Program-made: the position numbers and the translations under genes
Part shown: positions 38,249-50,095 of the stretch, piece by piece
Layout: each line of letters opens with the position of its first letter
How positions within the stretch are numbered: the stretch's first letter is position 1
Assembly (NCBI GenBank): GCA_963763775.1
Contig: CAVXPZ010000004.1
Coordinates: 416,001 to 480,000 of the forward strand
Reading direction: 5' to 3'
From: an uncultured Chloroflexia bacterium
GTDB taxonomy: Bacteria; Chloroflexota; Limnocylindria; Limnocylindrales; CSP1-4
DNA: 64,000 bases
Notes under the pieces: model-generated
What the model was told of the DNA's origin: nothing
The model's input: the letters and a program-made list of their open reading frames with translations, nothing else
The model's database searches: none

Positions 38249-39472
38249 TCAGCTCGCGGCGACCAGCTCCGGTTCGGGCAGGCCGGCGTCGGATGCCAGC
38301 AGCGCGGCCTTGTCGGTCCGCTCCCACGGCAGGTCGAGGTCCGGACGGCCGAAGTGGCCGTACGCCGCGGTCTGGCGGTAGATCGGGCGCCGCAGGTCGA
38401 GGGCCGCGATGATCGAGGCCGGTCGCAGGTCGAAGTGGCGCTCGATGAGCGTCTGGATCTCCGCATCGGCGATCCGGCCGGTGCCGAAGGAGTCGACCGT
38501 GAAGCTGATCGGCCGGGCGATCCCGATGCCGTAGGCGACCTCGACCTCGAAGCGGTCGGCGAGGCCCGCGGCCACGACGTTCTTCGCGACCCAGCGGGCC
38601 GCATAGGCCGCGGAGCGGTCCACCTTCGTCGGATCCTTGCCCGAGAACGCGCCGCCGCCGTGCCGGGCCATGCCGCCGTAGCTATCGACGATGATCTTGC
38701 GTCCGGTCAGACCGGCGTCGCCCATCGGCCCGCCCGTCACGAAGCGGCCGGTCGGGTTCACGTGCATGACCGGGTCGGTGCTGCGCAGCTCGTGGGGGAT
38801 CGTCGGCAGGACGACGGTCTCGACGATCTCCGAGCGCAGGCGCTCGGCCCGGACGTCCGGGTCGTGCTGGGCCGACACCACGACCGTGCGGACGCGCTTC
38901 GGGACGCCGCGCTCGTACTCGACGGTGACCTGGGTCTTGCCGTCCGGGCGGAGGTAGGGCAGCTGGCCGGACTTGCGGACCTCCGCGAGCCGGCGGGCCA
39001 TCCGATGCGCGAGCGCGATCGGGAGCGGCATCAGCTCCGGCGTCTCGCGGCAGGCGAACCCGAACATCATGCCCTGGTCGCCGGCGCCCAGCTCGAACGC
39101 CGGGGCCGCGTCGTCGCGGACCTCGAGGGCGGCGTCCACGCCCTGGGCGATGTCGGCGGACTGCTCCTTGACCGAGACGAGCGTCCCGCAGGTCAGGTAG
39201 TCGAAGCCGTAGTCCGCGCGCGTGTAGCCGATGTCGCGGACCGTCTCGCGGACGACGGACTGGAAGTCGATGTAGGTCGAGGTCGAGATCTCGCCGAGGA
39301 CCATCACGAGCCCGGTCGTCGTCGCGGTCTCGCAGGCCACGCGCGCCTCGGGGTCGTCGCGGATGATCGCGTCCAGGATCGCGTCGCTGATCTGGTCGCA
39401 CATCTTGTCCGGGTGGCCCTCGGTCACCGACTCGGACGTGAACAGGTACTGCGCGGCGTCGACGATGCTCAT
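38249..39472 (-). CDS. metK: S-adenosylmethionine synthetase
   Basis: [19 protein letters not shown] and GGGAFSGKD. Confidence 0.98.
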   Translation of the reverse strand: MSIVDAAQYLFTSESVTEGHPDKMCDQISDAILDAIIRDDPEARVACETATTTGLVMVLGEISTSTYIDFQSVVRETVRDIGYTRADYGFDYLTCGTLVSVKEQSADIAQGVDAALEVRDDAAPAFELGAGDQGMMFGFACRETPELMPLPIALAHRMARRLAEVRKSGQLPYLRPDGKTQVTVEYERGVPKRVRTVVVSAQHDPDVRAERLRSEIVETVVLPTIPHELRSTDPVMHVNPTGRFVTGGPMGDAGLTGRKIIVDSYGGMARHGGGAFSGKDPTKVDRSAAYAARWVAKNVVAAGLADRFEVEVAYGIGIARPISFTVDSFGTGRIADAEIQTLIERHFDLRPASIIAALDLRRPIYRQTAAYGHFGRPDLDLPWERTDKAALLASDAGLPEPELVAAS

Positions 39473-39542
39473 GCGGCGGATGGGTCCTCACTGGGTGGGT
39501 GCGGTTCGGGCGGAGGGTACCACGCGTCCCGGCCGCGGCTCC

Positions 39543-41133
39543 TCAGACGCCCGAGCGCAGCGCCTCGAGATCCAGGTCACGTTCGACCCGATGCAACGCT
39601 TCGTCGCCGATCACGCCCTCGTCGCGCAGCCGGATGACCGCGTCCCGCTGCGTCTCGACGATGGCCAGCCGGATCGCCTGGTGGTCGACGCGCTCGCGGT
39701 CGGCCTCGTCCAGGTCCCCGTCGGCGTCGGGCCACGCATGGTCGGCTTCGTGCTCGTAGCGGGCCCGCAGCTGGTCCACAAGCGGCGAGTGGTCGGGATA
39801 CTCCTGCGCCAACCCGATGAGCCGGTCGAGCGCGGCATCGACGGCGGCCTGGCGCGCGACGCTCTCCTCCCGGGCGAGACCCGTCCCGACGACGAGTCCG
39901 GCGCGCGAGATGACCCACGGCAGCGTCAGCCCCTGTCCCACGAGCGTGGCCAGGATCACGCAGAACGTGAGGAAGATGATGAGGTTGCGCTCGGGGAAGG
40001 GCGACGGGTCGACCGGCAGCGAGAGGGCCGCGGCGAGCGAGACGGCGCCGCGCATCCCGGCCCAGGAGATGACCACGACCGCCCCGCGCGGCGGCGATGG
40101 GTCACCCTCGCGGATCCGCGCGCTGAGCATCCTGGGCAGGTAGGTCGCGGGGAACACCCACACGAACCGCGCGACGATCACGGTCAGGCTGATCGCGACC
40201 CCGAGCCCCACCAGCTCGCCCGGTGCTGTAGCCGGTCAGGCCCTGGACGACGAACGGCAGCTGCAGGCCGATGAGCATGAACAACAGGCTGTCGATGAGG
40301 AAGTAGAGGACCGCCCAGACACCGTTGCCCAGCAATCGCCCGTCCGGCGACAGGGCCCGTGCGGCGCTCCTGCCGGCGATGAGCCCGGCGGTCACGGTCG
40401 CAAGGACGCCGCTGACGCCGACCGCCTCGGCGGCGAGGTAGGCGGTGATCGGCGCGATGAGCGACAGGATGATCTCGAGCGTCGGGTCGCCCGTCCGCCG
40501 CCATGCGCCGGTGATCAGGATGCCGACCACGACCCCGATCGCGATGCCGCCGAGGCCGACGACGACGAACGACACGCCGGCGTCCAGCGCGGCGAAGGAC
40601 CCCGTGAGGACGGCCGCCACCGCGACCCGGTACGCGATGAGGGCCGACGCGTCGTTGACGAGGCTCTCGCCCTCGAGGATCGTGACGACGCGGCGCGGGA
40701 CGCCGAGCCGGCGAAGGACCGAGGTCGCGGCGACGGCGTCCGGCGGGGCGACGATCGCCCCGAGCGCGAAGGCCGGTGCCCACTGGAGGGCCGGGACCAG
40801 GAGGCCGGCCACGACCCCCACGACGAGCGTGCTGAAGAGCACGAGCCCGATGGCGAGCAGCCCGATGGGTCGCAGGTTGGCCTTGATGTCGCGCAGCTGC
40901 GACGAGTACCCCGACCCGAAGAGGATCGGCGGCAGGAACACCAGGAACACGACCTCGGGCGGGAGCTGGACCGTCGGCGCGTCCGGCACCATCCCGAGCA
41001 CGATGCCCAGGCCAAGGCCGCCCAGGACCAGGAGGATCGGGTAGGCGACGCCGATCCGGCGCGCGAGATACGCGAGGCCGGTGGCGACCACGAGCAGCAG
41101 CAGGACCAGCTCGATGGCGGCCTTCGCGTCCAT
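39543..41133 (-). CDS. CPA1 family Na+/H+ antiporter (frameshift near 40220)
   Basis: LPPILF, PPDAVA, EGESLVNDA and GMRGAVSLAAAL. Confidence 0.9.
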
Positions 41134-41160
41134 GGGAGATCGGCTCGGACCGGGCCGCGG

Positions 41161-43209
41161 TCAGGCCGGACGGGCGGCCAGGCGGCCGCGTCCGAGCGCG
41201 AGCCAGTCCGCGAGTCCCGGCAGGTCGAGCGGTTCGAGGTCATCGGCCGGCGCGAAGCCGAAGACCGCGCCGAGGAAGGCCAGCTCGGCCTCGAGGGCTC
41301 GGCGGATCGCGGTCGCGCCGCGGAACCCGTGGCCCTCGCCCTCGAACGCGAGATAGGCATGCGGCACCCCGTTCGCCGCCAGGGCCGCGACCACGGCCTC
41401 GGACTGCGACGGCGGGACCACGCGGTCGTCGAGGCCCTGCATGACGAGCATCGGGCTCGCGATCCGATCGAGACGGTGGACCGGCGACCGCTCCCGGTAG
41501 CGCTCGGCGGTCTCGGGATACGGCCCGACCAGCCGGTCCATGTACCGGCTCTCGAACTTGTGGGTGTCGCGTGCGAGCCACTCGAGGTCCGCGACGCCGT
41601 ACCGGCTGATCCCCGCCGCGAAGACGCGGTGGTCCGCGAGGGCCGCGAGCGTCGTGAGGCCGCCGGCGCTGCCGCCCTCGATCGCCATCCGGTCGGCGTC
41701 GACGTCGCCCCGATCGGCGAGGAACCGCGCCGCGGCGACGCAGTCCTCCACGTCGGCCACGCCCCACAGGCCGCGCAGCGAGTCCCGGTAGTCGCGCCCA
41801 TAGCCGGTACTGCCGGCGTAGTCGACGTCGACCACGGCGATCCCCCGGCTCGTCAGCAGCTGGATGCCGAGATCGAGGGCGCCCGACGCGTTCGCCGTCG
41901 GGCCGCCATGCGACGACACCAGGAGGGGCGGCCGCTCGTCCGTCGGGCCGGTGAACCCGGCGTTGACCGGCGGGTAGAAGAGGGCGTGGGCGATCCGGCC
42001 GTCGGCGGAGGGGAACCGGATCGCCTCGGGGATCGAGACGACGCCGGGGTCGGGCGTGATCGACGACGACCGGCGCAGGATGCCCGTCACGTTGAGCGTC
42101 GTCGGGTCGAACGCGGCGACTGCCGCGGCCTCGGCCGCCGAGGCGGCGATCGCGACGACCGCCCCGGGTCCGACGCGCAGGCCGTCCAGCTCGGTGAACG
42201 GGGACTCGACCTCGCCGACGTACTCGCCGGGGAGGATGTGCAGCAGGCGGTCGTGGCCGTCGGAGCGGGCGGCCGCCACGATCGAGCCGTCGGCGAGGAA
42301 GCCGTACGTCGAGCGGTCGAGGGTCCAGGACGGGTCCGCGAACTCGGCCTCCATCGCCGCGAGCGGCTCCAGTCGCGGGCCTTCCACGAGCCGGTAGAGG
42401 TTCCACCAGCCGCTGCGATCGCTGACGAGGTGCAGCACCCCGTCGGCCGACCACTCCGGCTGGACGATCGACTCCTCCGGCCCGCCGGCGGCCAGGTCGG
42501 ACGGTCCGAGCGTCCCATCCTCGAGGATCGGGGCGGTCCGGAGCCGCGTCGCATCCCACGGCATGTCCGGGTGGTCCCACTCCAGCCACGCCAGCGTCGT
42601 CCCGTCCGGGGAGATCCGCGGCGAGGCCAGGAAGTCCGGCCCCTCGACGAGGATCACCGGATCGCGCTCGCCGTCGAGCGGCACGTCCACGATGGCGGCC
42701 AGGGGCTTGCCGTCGGGGACGCGCTCCTCGCGGATCGCGAGGAACCGGCGCCGGGCGGCGTCGAAGCGCAGGTCGGCGTAGCGGTACGGCCCGTCGGGCG
42801 TGATCGCCACCGGGGTCGCGTCGCCAGGGTCCAGACGATGGAGGCGACCATCGCCGGCGTGCGAGAACACGACCGTGCCGCCGACGGCGGTGTACGCGCC
42901 ACCGCCGTATTCGTGGACTCGCGTCCGGACGTCGAATGGCGGCGGGTTCAGCTCGGTCGACGCCCCGTCGGCGCCACGCCGGACCAGGACCTGCCGGCCG
43001 CCCTCAGCCGGACGGCCCTCCAGCCAGTAGACGTCGTCACCGTCGATCCACGGCTCGCCGAGACGGACGACCTCCCCGACGAGGTCGTCGATGCGGATCG
43101 GCGACGACCAGCTCCCGAACGGCGCGACGACCGGCCCGGGACCGGCGACATCATCGCCGGCCGGGGCGGCCTCGTCGGACCGGTCGCCCGTCAGGTCCCG
43201 TGCTGCCAC
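41161..43209 (-). CDS. S9 family (prolyl oligopeptidase/acylaminoacyl) peptidase; start uncertain
   Basis: [33 protein letters not shown] and EGHGF. Confidence 0.92.
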   Translation of the reverse strand: MAARDLTGDRSDEAAPAGDDVAGPGPVVAPFGSWSSPIRIDDLVGEVVRLGEPWIDGDDVYWLEGRPAEGGRQVLVRRGADGASTELNPPPFDVRTRVHEYGGGAYTAVGGTVVFSHAGDGRLHRLDPGDATPVAITPDGPYRYADLRFDAARRRFLAIREERVPDGKPLAAIVDVPLDGERDPVILVEGPDFLASPRISPDGTTLAWLEWDHPDMPWDATRLRTAPILEDGTLGPSDLAAGGPEESIVQPEWSADGVLHLVSDRSGWWNLYRLVEGPRLEPLAAMEAEFADPSWTLDRSTYGFLADGSIVAAARSDGHDRLLHILPGEYVGEVESPFTELDGLRVGPGAVVAIAASAAEAAAVAAFDPTTLNVTGILRRSSSITPDPGVVSIPEAIRFPSADGRIAHALFYPPVNAGFTGPTDERPPLLVSSHGGPTANASGALDLGIQLLTSRGIAVVDVDYAGSTGYGRDYRDSLRGLWGVADVEDCVAAARFLADRGDVDADRMAIEGGSAGGLTTLAALADHRVFAAGISRYGVADLEWLARDTHKFESRYMDRLVGPYPETAERYRERSPVHRLDRIASPMLVMQGLDDRVVPPSQSEAVVAALAANGVPHAYLAFEGEGHGFRGATAIRRALEAELAFLGAVFGFAPADDLEPLDLPGLADWLALGRGRLAARPA

Positions 43210-44465
43210 GAGGCGACGTAGGCGGCCTGCTCTGCGGTCATCGGCTCGAGCTCGATCCCGAGGGCGGCGAGCTTGAGCCGGGCGACCTCGGCGTCGATCG
43301 CCTCGGGCACGACGTAAACGCGGGCCTCGAGCTCGGCATGGTGGGTGGCCACGTACTCGGCAGAGAGCGCCTGGTTCGCGAAGCTCATGTCCATGACGGC
43401 GGCCGGGTGGCCTTCGGCGGCGCCGAGGTTGACGAGCCGGCCTTCCGCGATGAGGTTGAGCTTCTTGCCGCCGAGGTCGAACTCCTGGACGTTCTCGCGG
43501 ACCTCGCGGACATGGCCCTCGGCCATCTCGCGCAGCGCCGCGAGGTCCAACTCCGCGTCGAAGTGACCGGAGTTGGCCATGATCGCGCCGTCGCCCATCG
43601 CCGCGAAATGCTCGCGCCGGAAGACGTTGAGGTTGCCCGTCGCGGTCACGAACAGCTCGCCCCAGCGGGCCGCATCGATGTGGGACATCACGGCGAACCC
43701 GTCCATCAGGGCCTCGAGCGCCCGGACCGGGTCCACCTCGACGACCGCGACATGGGCGCCGTGCCCGTCCATCCGGGCCGCGATGCCCTTGCCGACCCAG
43801 CCGTACCCGGCGACGACCACCTTGCGGCCGGCGATGAGGATGTTCGTCGCCCGCAGGATCCCGTCGAGCGTGCTCTGGCCGGTCCCGTAGCGGTTGTCGA
43901 AGAGGTGCTTGGTCTGGGCCTCGTTGACGGCCACGACCGGGAAGCCGAGTGCGCCGTCGGCGGCCATCGCCTTGAGGCGGATGACGCCGGTCGTCGTCTC
44001 CTCGGTCCCGGCGAGGACCTCCGCGATCTGGGCCGGACGCTCGCTGTGGAGGAGCGACACGAGATCGCAGCCGTCGTCCATCGTGATCTGCGGATGGCCG
44101 TCGGCGACGCTGTTGAGATGGGCGTAGTAGGTGTCCCGGTCCTCGCCGCGTCGGGCGTAGACGCCGATCCCGTACTCCGCGACGAGGGCCGCCGCGACGT
44201 CGTCCTTGGTCGAGAGCGGGTTCGAGGCCGCGAGCACCACGTGAGCGCCCCCCGCCTTGAGCGTTCGCATCAGGTTGGCGGTCTCGGTGGTGACGTGCAG
44301 GCACGCGCCGATGCGCAGGCCGTCGAGCGGGCGATCGCGCTCGAAGCGCTCGCGGATCAGGCGCAGGACGGGCATCTCGCGCTCGGCCCATTCGATCCGG
44401 CGGACGCCCTCGGCGGCGAGGCCGAGATCGGTCACGTCGTGGGCCGGCAGGGTGGTGGAGGTCAT
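43191..44465 (-). CDS. ahcY: Adenosylhomocysteinase
   Basis: [38 protein letters not shown] and GHP..VMDMSF. Confidence 0.97.
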   Translation of the reverse strand: MTSTTLPAHDVTDLGLAAEGVRRIEWAEREMPVLRLIRERFERDRPLDGLRIGACLHVTTETANLMRTLKAGGAHVVLAASNPLSTKDDVAAALVAEYGIGVYARRGEDRDTYYAHLNSVADGHPQITMDDGCDLVSLLHSERPAQIAEVLAGTEETTTGVIRLKAMAADGALGFPVVAVNEAQTKHLFDNRYGTGQSTLDGILRATNILIAGRKVVVAGYGWVGKGIAARMDGHGAHVAVVEVDPVRALEALMDGFAVMSHIDAARWGELFVTATGNLNVFRREHFAAMGDGAIMANSGHFDAELDLAALREMAEGHVREVRENVQEFDLGGKKLNLIAEGRLVNLGAAEGHPAAVMDMSFANQALSAEYVATHHAELEARVYVVPEAIDAEVARLKLAALGIELEPMTAEQAAYVASWQHGT

Positions 44466-45328
44466 CGAGGGTCGGTCTCCTTGCGGGTGAAGAGCCGCCG
44501 CAGCGGCGCGGCGAGGTCGGGCCAGGGCGAGCCCAGGCGGTGGACGAGACGTTCTTCGAACCGCACGTGCTCGGTGAACCCGAGGCGTCGGTACGCGTTG
44601 AGGGCCGGTGGGTTGTCCGACCGGACGTTGAGCACGACCTGGTCGCACGAGCGGAGGAGCTCCGCGGTCACCGCACCGGTGACGGCCGTCGCGAAGCCAC
44701 GCCCACGATAGTCGATGTGGGTGAACACGTTGCCGACCACCGCGAGCCGCGCCGACGGGCTGACCACATGCGTGCCCGCGGCGGCCACGAGGTTGCCGTT
44801 GACCCGGACGCCGTAGTACACGCCCTCCGCGAGCGAGGACGAGGGCAGCCACGACGCGAACCCCAGCTGATAGAGCCGGTTGAGGTCCCCGATGTCGACG
44901 GGCAGGATCCGCGACACCGACGCCGGGTACGGCCGGAATCGGGTCCGGTCGACCCACATCCGGACCATCGGCGGGCCGGGGTCGACGCGGTAGTGGGCCT
45001 CCACGGCCGCCATGACGTCCGGACGCAGCGCGACGTAGGCGGCACGCGGCCGCACGAGGTCCCGCAGGATCGTGTCGATCCCGTCCGTGCGGCCCATGAC
45101 GAACAGCGGCTGCGGGGTCGGGCCGTTGTACTCGAGGACCAGGCTGACCGGCTCGTCGCCGGCATAGCCGACCGCCCAGCGGGTCCGGGCGAACTCGCGT
45201 TCCTCGAGGTCGCAGATCGCGTAGGCGGCGAACAGCCGGTCGCGCTCGAGGAAATCGCGCAGGACCGCCCGGTCCGTCGTGGTCCGCGCGATGACGTCGC
45301 CACGGCGACCGATCGCGACGGTCGCCAT
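44462..45328 (-). CDS. GNAT family N-acetyltransferase (two-domain, FR47-like C-terminus)
   Basis: [16 protein letters not shown] and [13 protein letters not shown]. Confidence 0.88.
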   Translation of the reverse strand: MATVAIGRRGDVIARTTTDRAVLRDFLERDRLFAAYAICDLEEREFARTRWAVGYAGDEPVSLVLEYNGPTPQPLFVMGRTDGIDTILRDLVRPRAAYVALRPDVMAAVEAHYRVDPGPPMVRMWVDRTRFRPYPASVSRILPVDIGDLNRLYQLGFASWLPSSSLAEGVYYGVRVNGNLVAAAGTHVVSPSARLAVVGNVFTHIDYRGRGFATAVTGAVTAELLRSCDQVVLNVRSDNPPALNAYRRLGFTEHVRFEERLVHRLGSPWPDLAAPLRRLFTRKETDPR

Positions 45329-46776
45329 CAGGGCCGGACCTCGGCGGGCTCGGTCAGTCGCACGGGCCGGTCGTGTCCGGGCAGCTGCGCCCATCGCGCG
45401 ATCGCGGCGGCCTGGGCGGCGCGCAGGCCGTCCTCGAACGGCGGCCGGACGATCCCCTCCTCCGTGATGATCCCGGTGATCAACTCGGCCGGGGTCACGT
45501 CGAAGGCGGGATTGCGGACGGCCGTGTCGGGCGGGGCGATCCGGATGCCGCGGATCAGGAGGACCTCGTCGGCCTTGCGCTCCTCGATGGGGATCGCCGA
45601 CCCGTCGGGCGTGTCGAGGTCGACGGAACTCGTCGGCGCGCAGATGTAGAACGGGATCCCGTGACGCGCCGCAAGGACGGCCAGCTGGTACGTGCCGATC
45701 TTGTTGGCGGTATCGCCGTTGGCCGCCACGCGGTCGGCGCCGACCAGGATGACGTCGACCTCGCCGTTGGCCATCAGGTGACCCGCGGCCACATCGGGGA
45801 GCAGCGTGTGGGGCACCCCGGCCTGGGCGAGCTCCCACGCGGTGAGGCGGGCGCCCTGGAGGTAGGGCCGGGTCTCGTCGACCCAGACGTGGACAGCCCG
45901 GCCGGCATGGTGGGCGGCCTGGACCACCCCGAGCGCCGTGCCGAACTGGCCGCAGGCTAGCGGCCCGGTGTTGCAGTGGGTGAGGATGCGGACGAGGTCC
46001 TCGGGGGCGCCCGGGAGCGCCTCGAGCCCGAACGTCGCGAGGCGGCCGTGGTCCGTGGTTGCCTCCAGGACGATGGCGTCTGCCTCCGCGCGCATCGCGT
46101 CGGCGATCGCGTCGCCGTCCTCGGAGAGGTCGCCGATCGCCTCGTAGCGGGCCATCAGCCGGTCCACGGCCCAGCGCAGGTTCACGGCCGTGGGCCGCGA
46201 CTGGACCAGGGCGTTGGACGCGCCGCGCAACGTCGCCCGGCGCGCGTACGGCCGGGTCTCGCGGATCCGGTCCGCCGTCATGGCCAGCCCGATGGCCGCG
46301 ACCTGGCCGATCGCGGGTGCGCCCCGGATGACCATGCCGCGGATCGAGTACGCGACCTCGGCCGCGGAGGCGTGCGGGACCTCGACGAGCGCCCCCGGCA
46401 GCTCGCGCTGGTCGATCATGTACAGGACGCCGCCATCCTCGCGGAACGGGGTCCGGAACCCGGTCGGGGCGGCGGGCGTGGCCGCCGGCGCGGCGTCGGG
46501 CCCGGGCGGCGCCGGCGCGATGGCGCCGCCGATCATGCTGGCCCCGGTGGTCGGGTCGAGGATGCCCGCGGCCGCCTCCACGGACGCCCGTTGGATCGCC
46601 TGGGCGGCGCCCGCGACGGTCGCGGCCGTCTGGACGAGCTCACCCGCGAACTGTCGGAAGAACCGGCGCCGGCCGAGGTCGACGGGTTCGGGTCCGGGTC
46701 CGCGCGCCTGATCGGCGACGGCCGGTCCGGCAGGCGCCGCCGGGACCACGGGCTCCGACGTGGTCGGCTCGCTCAT
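45328..46776 (-). CDS. mtnA: S-methyl-5-thioribose-1-phosphate isomerase with long N-terminal extension
   Basis: [41 protein letters not shown] and NPAFD. Confidence 0.93.
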   Translation of the reverse strand: MSEPTTSEPVVPAAPAGPAVADQARGPGPEPVDLGRRRFFRQFAGELVQTAATVAGAAQAIQRASVEAAAGILDPTTGASMIGGAIAPAPPGPDAAPAATPAAPTGFRTPFREDGGVLYMIDQRELPGALVEVPHASAAEVAYSIRGMVIRGAPAIGQVAAIGLAMTADRIRETRPYARRATLRGASNALVQSRPTAVNLRWAVDRLMARYEAIGDLSEDGDAIADAMRAEADAIVLEATTDHGRLATFGLEALPGAPEDLVRILTHCNTGPLACGQFGTALGVVQAAHHAGRAVHVWVDETRPYLQGARLTAWELAQAGVPHTLLPDVAAGHLMANGEVDVILVGADRVAANGDTANKIGTYQLAVLAARHGIPFYICAPTSSVDLDTPDGSAIPIEERKADEVLLIRGIRIAPPDTAVRNPAFDVTPAELITGIITEEGIVRPPFEDGLRAAQAAAIARWAQLPGHDRPVRLTEPAEVRP

Positions 46777-46837
46777 CGCGTCGTCGTGGCGCTCGCCATC
46801 GGACCCCAACGATGCGCCTGCCTCGCGGTCCCGCGGC

Positions 46838-47359
46838 TCAGTACTGGATGACGCTGGTGACCCGTCGTCCATCGAGACGGTCGCGGCCCTTCAGGAAGTC
46901 GAGCTCGACGAGGAAGGCCAGCCCGGCCACGTCGCCGCGCAACCGTTCCACGAGTTCGATGGTCCCCTTCACGGTCCCGCCGGTCGCCAGCAGGTCGTCG
47001 ACGATGAGGACCTTCTGACCGGGCTGGATCGCATCCCGGTGGATCTCGAGGGTGTTCGAGCCGTACTCGAGCGCGTACTCGACGGAGATCGTCTCGGCCG
47101 GGAGCTTGCCCAGCTTGCGGACCGGGACGAGGCCGGCATCGAGCTTGTACGCCATCGGCGCGCTGAAGATGAAGCCGCGGGACTCCATCCCGACCACGAT
47201 GTCGATCCCCTCGCCCACGTACGGGGCGAGCATGAGGTCGATGGACTCCTTATAGGAGACCGGGTCCTTCAGCAGCGTGGTGATGTCGTAGAAGAGGATC
47301 CCGGGCTTCGGGAAGTCGGGGATCTCGCGGATCTTCGCGCGAAGCTCCTCAGCGGACAC
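46838..47359 (-). CDS. apt: Adenine phosphoribosyltransferase
   Basis: IPDFPKPGILFYDIT, ESRGF, RKLGKLP, YALEYG and VDDLLATGGT. Confidence 0.97.
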   Translation of the reverse strand: MSAEELRAKIREIPDFPKPGILFYDITTLLKDPVSYKESIDLMLAPYVGEGIDIVVGMESRGFIFSAPMAYKLDAGLVPVRKLGKLPAETISVEYALEYGSNTLEIHRDAIQPGQKVLIVDDLLATGGTVKGTIELVERLRGDVAGLAFLVELDFLKGRDRLDGRRVTSVIQY

Positions 47360-47455
47360 TGGATCGGGACCTCCATCGGGCGGCAGGCAGGCGCTTCCGG
47401 GTGGCGATGGCGCTGGGGCGCGGGCCGGCTCGAAGTCTACCGCAGGCGGACGCCA

Positions 47456-47481
47456 CGTCCAGCCTTGGAACGGGCTGGACG
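47456..47481. terminator. Hairpin downstream of the MFS gene
   Basis: CGTCCAGCC-8 nt-GGCTGGACG, a 9-bp stem; no U-tract. Confidence 0.4.
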
Positions 47482-47506
47482 GGCCCGTCGGGACGTCCGA
47501 AGACGC

Positions 47507-48946
47507 TCAGGTCGCTTCGGGCACCGACGGCACGACAGCGGGGGCGCGGTGCGCGGCGGTCGAGCGGAGCCGGCCGGTCATCGCGAGGCCGCCGATCCCG
47601 ACGGCGATCGCGACGGCGAACGCCCCGGCGAGCCCGGGACCGTAGTCGCCGGCACCACGCAGGCTCGCCGCGATGATCGCGCCGCTGACCCCTGTCCCGA
47701 GGGCCGTCCCCAGCGTGTCGGACAGGCTCAGCGCACTCGAGGCGGAGCCCTGGGTCTCCGGTGACGCTTCCTTGAGGACGATCAGCGAGAGCGGGGCGTA
47801 GGCCAGCCCCATCCCGAGACCGGCCAGCGCGAAGCTCGGCACGGCCCAGACGACGGGCACCTCCGGGATGAGCACGAGCGCGAACGCGGCCAACCCCGCC
47901 AGGGCCACCACGTATCCGGCGCGCACGAACCGGTCGGTGGACCAGCGCTCGGAGCCGCGCGCCTGGATCCACGAGCCGGCCGTCCACGAGATCGTGGCCG
48001 CGGTCAGCGCGATCCCGGCGGCGATCGCCGACAGGCCTCGGTACTCCTCGAGGGTGAGGGACACGTAGGCGTCCACCCCGAAGAACATGAAGGTCAGCAC
48101 GCCGCGCAGCAACACAGCGGCCGGCAGCACGGGGCGAGCCGTGAGCGTGCCGGCGGGCGTAAGGCGGCGGATGCCCGGGAGCAGCGCGACGAGACCGAGG
48201 GCGACGAAGCCGACCGTCGCGACCGGCAAGCCGCTGGTCAGGCCGACGGTGATCAGGCCGGCGCCGAACGCCACGAGCAGCGCGTACGGCAGCCGGCGAC
48301 GCTCCGCCCGGCCAGCCGCCGACTCGGCGGCCGCGGCGGCATCACTCGGCGGCACGGCGACCACGGAGCGGATCGTCAGCAGGCCCGCGACCGCGATGAG
48401 CGGCAGCAACCCGAGGAACACGTACCGCCAGCCTAGGAATTCGCCGACCACGCCCGCCAGGGCCGGCCCGATGACCCCGGGCAGGACCCATGCCGTCGAG
48501 AGGGTCGCGAACATCCGGGGCCGGAGGCGTTCCGGCAGGCTGCGGCCGATCGCCACGTACGCGATCGGCGGGATCGCCCCGGCCCCGAGCCCCTGGATGA
48601 ACCGGGCGGCCACGAGCACGCCCATCGACGGCGCGAGGCCGCCGATCAGCAGCCCGATGGCGAAGAGGCCGAGCCCGGCGGCGAAGGGACGGCCGAGGCC
48701 GCCACGGTCGAGCGCGCCGCCGACGACGGCGATCCCGATGAGCGACCCGAGGAAGAACGCCGTGAAGACCCAGCCGTACAGGGCCTTGTCGCCGAGTTCG
48801 TCGGCGACGATCGGCATGACCGTCGAGACGGCGAGGGCCTCGAACGCGACGAGGGTGATCGTGAGGACCAGGCCACCGGTCAGGGCGCGCCGTTTCGGCG
48901 ACCACAGGCCGTCGTCGCGCGGATCGATGGTGGCTTGGGCGTCCAT
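47507..48946 (-). CDS. MFS transporter (DHA2-like, 14 TM)
   Basis: AFEALAVSTVMP and ARFIQGLG; many TM helices. Confidence 0.9.
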   Translation of the reverse strand: MDAQATIDPRDDGLWSPKRRALTGGLVLTITLVAFEALAVSTVMPIVADELGDKALYGWVFTAFFLGSLIGIAVVGGALDRGGLGRPFAAGLGLFAIGLLIGGLAPSMGVLVAARFIQGLGAGAIPPIAYVAIGRSLPERLRPRMFATLSTAWVLPGVIGPALAGVVGEFLGWRYVFLGLLPLIAVAGLLTIRSVVAVPPSDAAAAAESAAGRAERRRLPYALLVAFGAGLITVGLTSGLPVATVGFVALGLVALLPGIRRLTPAGTLTARPVLPAAVLLRGVLTFMFFGVDAYVSLTLEEYRGLSAIAAGIALTAATISWTAGSWIQARGSERWSTDRFVRAGYVVALAGLAAFALVLIPEVPVVWAVPSFALAGLGMGLAYAPLSLIVLKEASPETQGSASSALSLSDTLGTALGTGVSGAIIAASLRGAGDYGPGLAGAFAVAIAVGIGGLAMTGRLRSTAAHRAPAVVPSVPEAT

Positions 48947-49048
48947 GTCGACAAGGATGCGGCGCGGCGCCGATCCGCGCCACGGCCGTGCGTCGCAGGC
49001 CGGGCACCGTCGTTCGTCGCGGGCGCCGTCCGCGCCGCGGCCCGCGTC

Positions 49049-50095
49049 TCAGTCGCGCACGATCGCCTCCGGCCCGAGGTCGCGGCGAAGCTGCATGGCG
49101 GCGGCGTCGTGGACCGCCCCCGTGATCGCCCCCGTCTCCCGGAGGCGGTCCAGACCGAGCAACGCCGCTCCGAGTACGGGCGGCGGATCGAGGCGGTGGA
49201 TGCGCGCCAGCGGCGCCACCGCGTGGATCCCGGCCGCGATCCGCGCCTCGAAGTCCGCGTCGTCGGCGCGGAACACGCCGCCGGCGAGCGTCACGTCGAC
49301 GTCGCGCCTCGTCAGGTGAAGGCGGCGGACGATCGCGATGGCCATCGTCGCGACCTCGTCCGCGAGCCGGTCGATGATCCCGCGGGCCACCGCGTCGCCG
49401 TCGCGGGCGGCGCCGAAGACCACCGGCGAGAGCTCTCGCACCCGCGTCCAGGGGATCCGGTCGATCTCGAACGCGATCGTGAGGTCGAGCGGGCGCTTCA
49501 GGCCGAAGTGGGCCGGCACCGAGCGCTCGAGGCTCGTCCGCGGTCCACGCGCGTCGCGGGCTCGGACGGCCGCGCCGAGACCGGCGATGCCGACATCGGT
49601 CCCGCCGCCCCAGTCGCCCGAGGCGTTCCCCAGCGCGGCGAGCCGCGCCGTCCGCCCGTCGGGCGCGATCCCGGCGGCATTCACGCCGGCCCCGCAGATG
49701 ACCCCAACGCCCCAGCCGCGATCGGTTCCCGCGCGGACCGGCGCGAAGGCGTCATTGACGACCCGGATCTCCTCGGCAAGACCGGCGGCCCGGTACGCGC
49801 GCTCGAGTCGGCGCACGTCGCCGGCCGAGTCGGCGCCGGCCACGGTGCAGGACGCGACCCTTGCCCGCGTGCCGGCGCCGGTGGCGGCGTCCAGGCCCGC
49901 GGCTCGGCGCGCCTCGTCGGCCAGGCGGGCGAGCCCCTCGGCACCGGCCGCCATCCCGACGACCTGGTGCGAGGTGGTAGGCCCGCGAACAGCGGCGAGC
50001 AGCCGGCCATCAGGGCCGACGAGCACGAGTTCGGTCTTGGAGTTCCCGCCGTCGACCGCGAGGACGGCCACGGGCGGCGGTGCCTCGTGACTCAT
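49049..50095 (-). CDS. BadF/BadG/BcrA/BcrD-type (N-acetyl)glucosamine kinase
   Basis: AVDGGNSKT, VVND, ICGAG and SGDWGGG. Confidence 0.88.
   Translation of the reverse strand: MSHEAPPPVAVLAVDGGNSKTELVLVGPDGRLLAAVRGPTTSHQVVGMAAGAEGLARLADEARRAAGLDAATGAGTRARVASCTVAGADSAGDVRRLERAYRAAGLAEEIRVVNDAFAPVRAGTDRGWGVGVICGAGVNAAGIAPDGRTARLAALGNASGDWGGGTDVGIAGLGAAVRARDARGPRTSLERSVPAHFGLKRPLDLTIAFEIDRIPWTRVRELSPVVFGAARDGDAVARGIIDRLADEVATMAIAIVRRLHLTRRDVDVTLAGGVFRADDADFEARIAAGIHAVAPLARIHRLDPPPVLGAALLGLDRLRETGAITGAVHDAAAMQLRRDLGPEAIVRD

Noticed and set aside
39473-39542. SAM riboswitch upstream of metK
   Set aside because: Only about 35 nt lie between the TACCCT -10 box and the ATG, and no SAM-I/II/IV core is recognisable.
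41161-44391. Apparent 1076-aa S9 peptidase with a long N-terminal domain
   Set aside because: The first 390 or so residues are an off-frame reading of ahcY; the peptidase begins near 43209 or slightly later.
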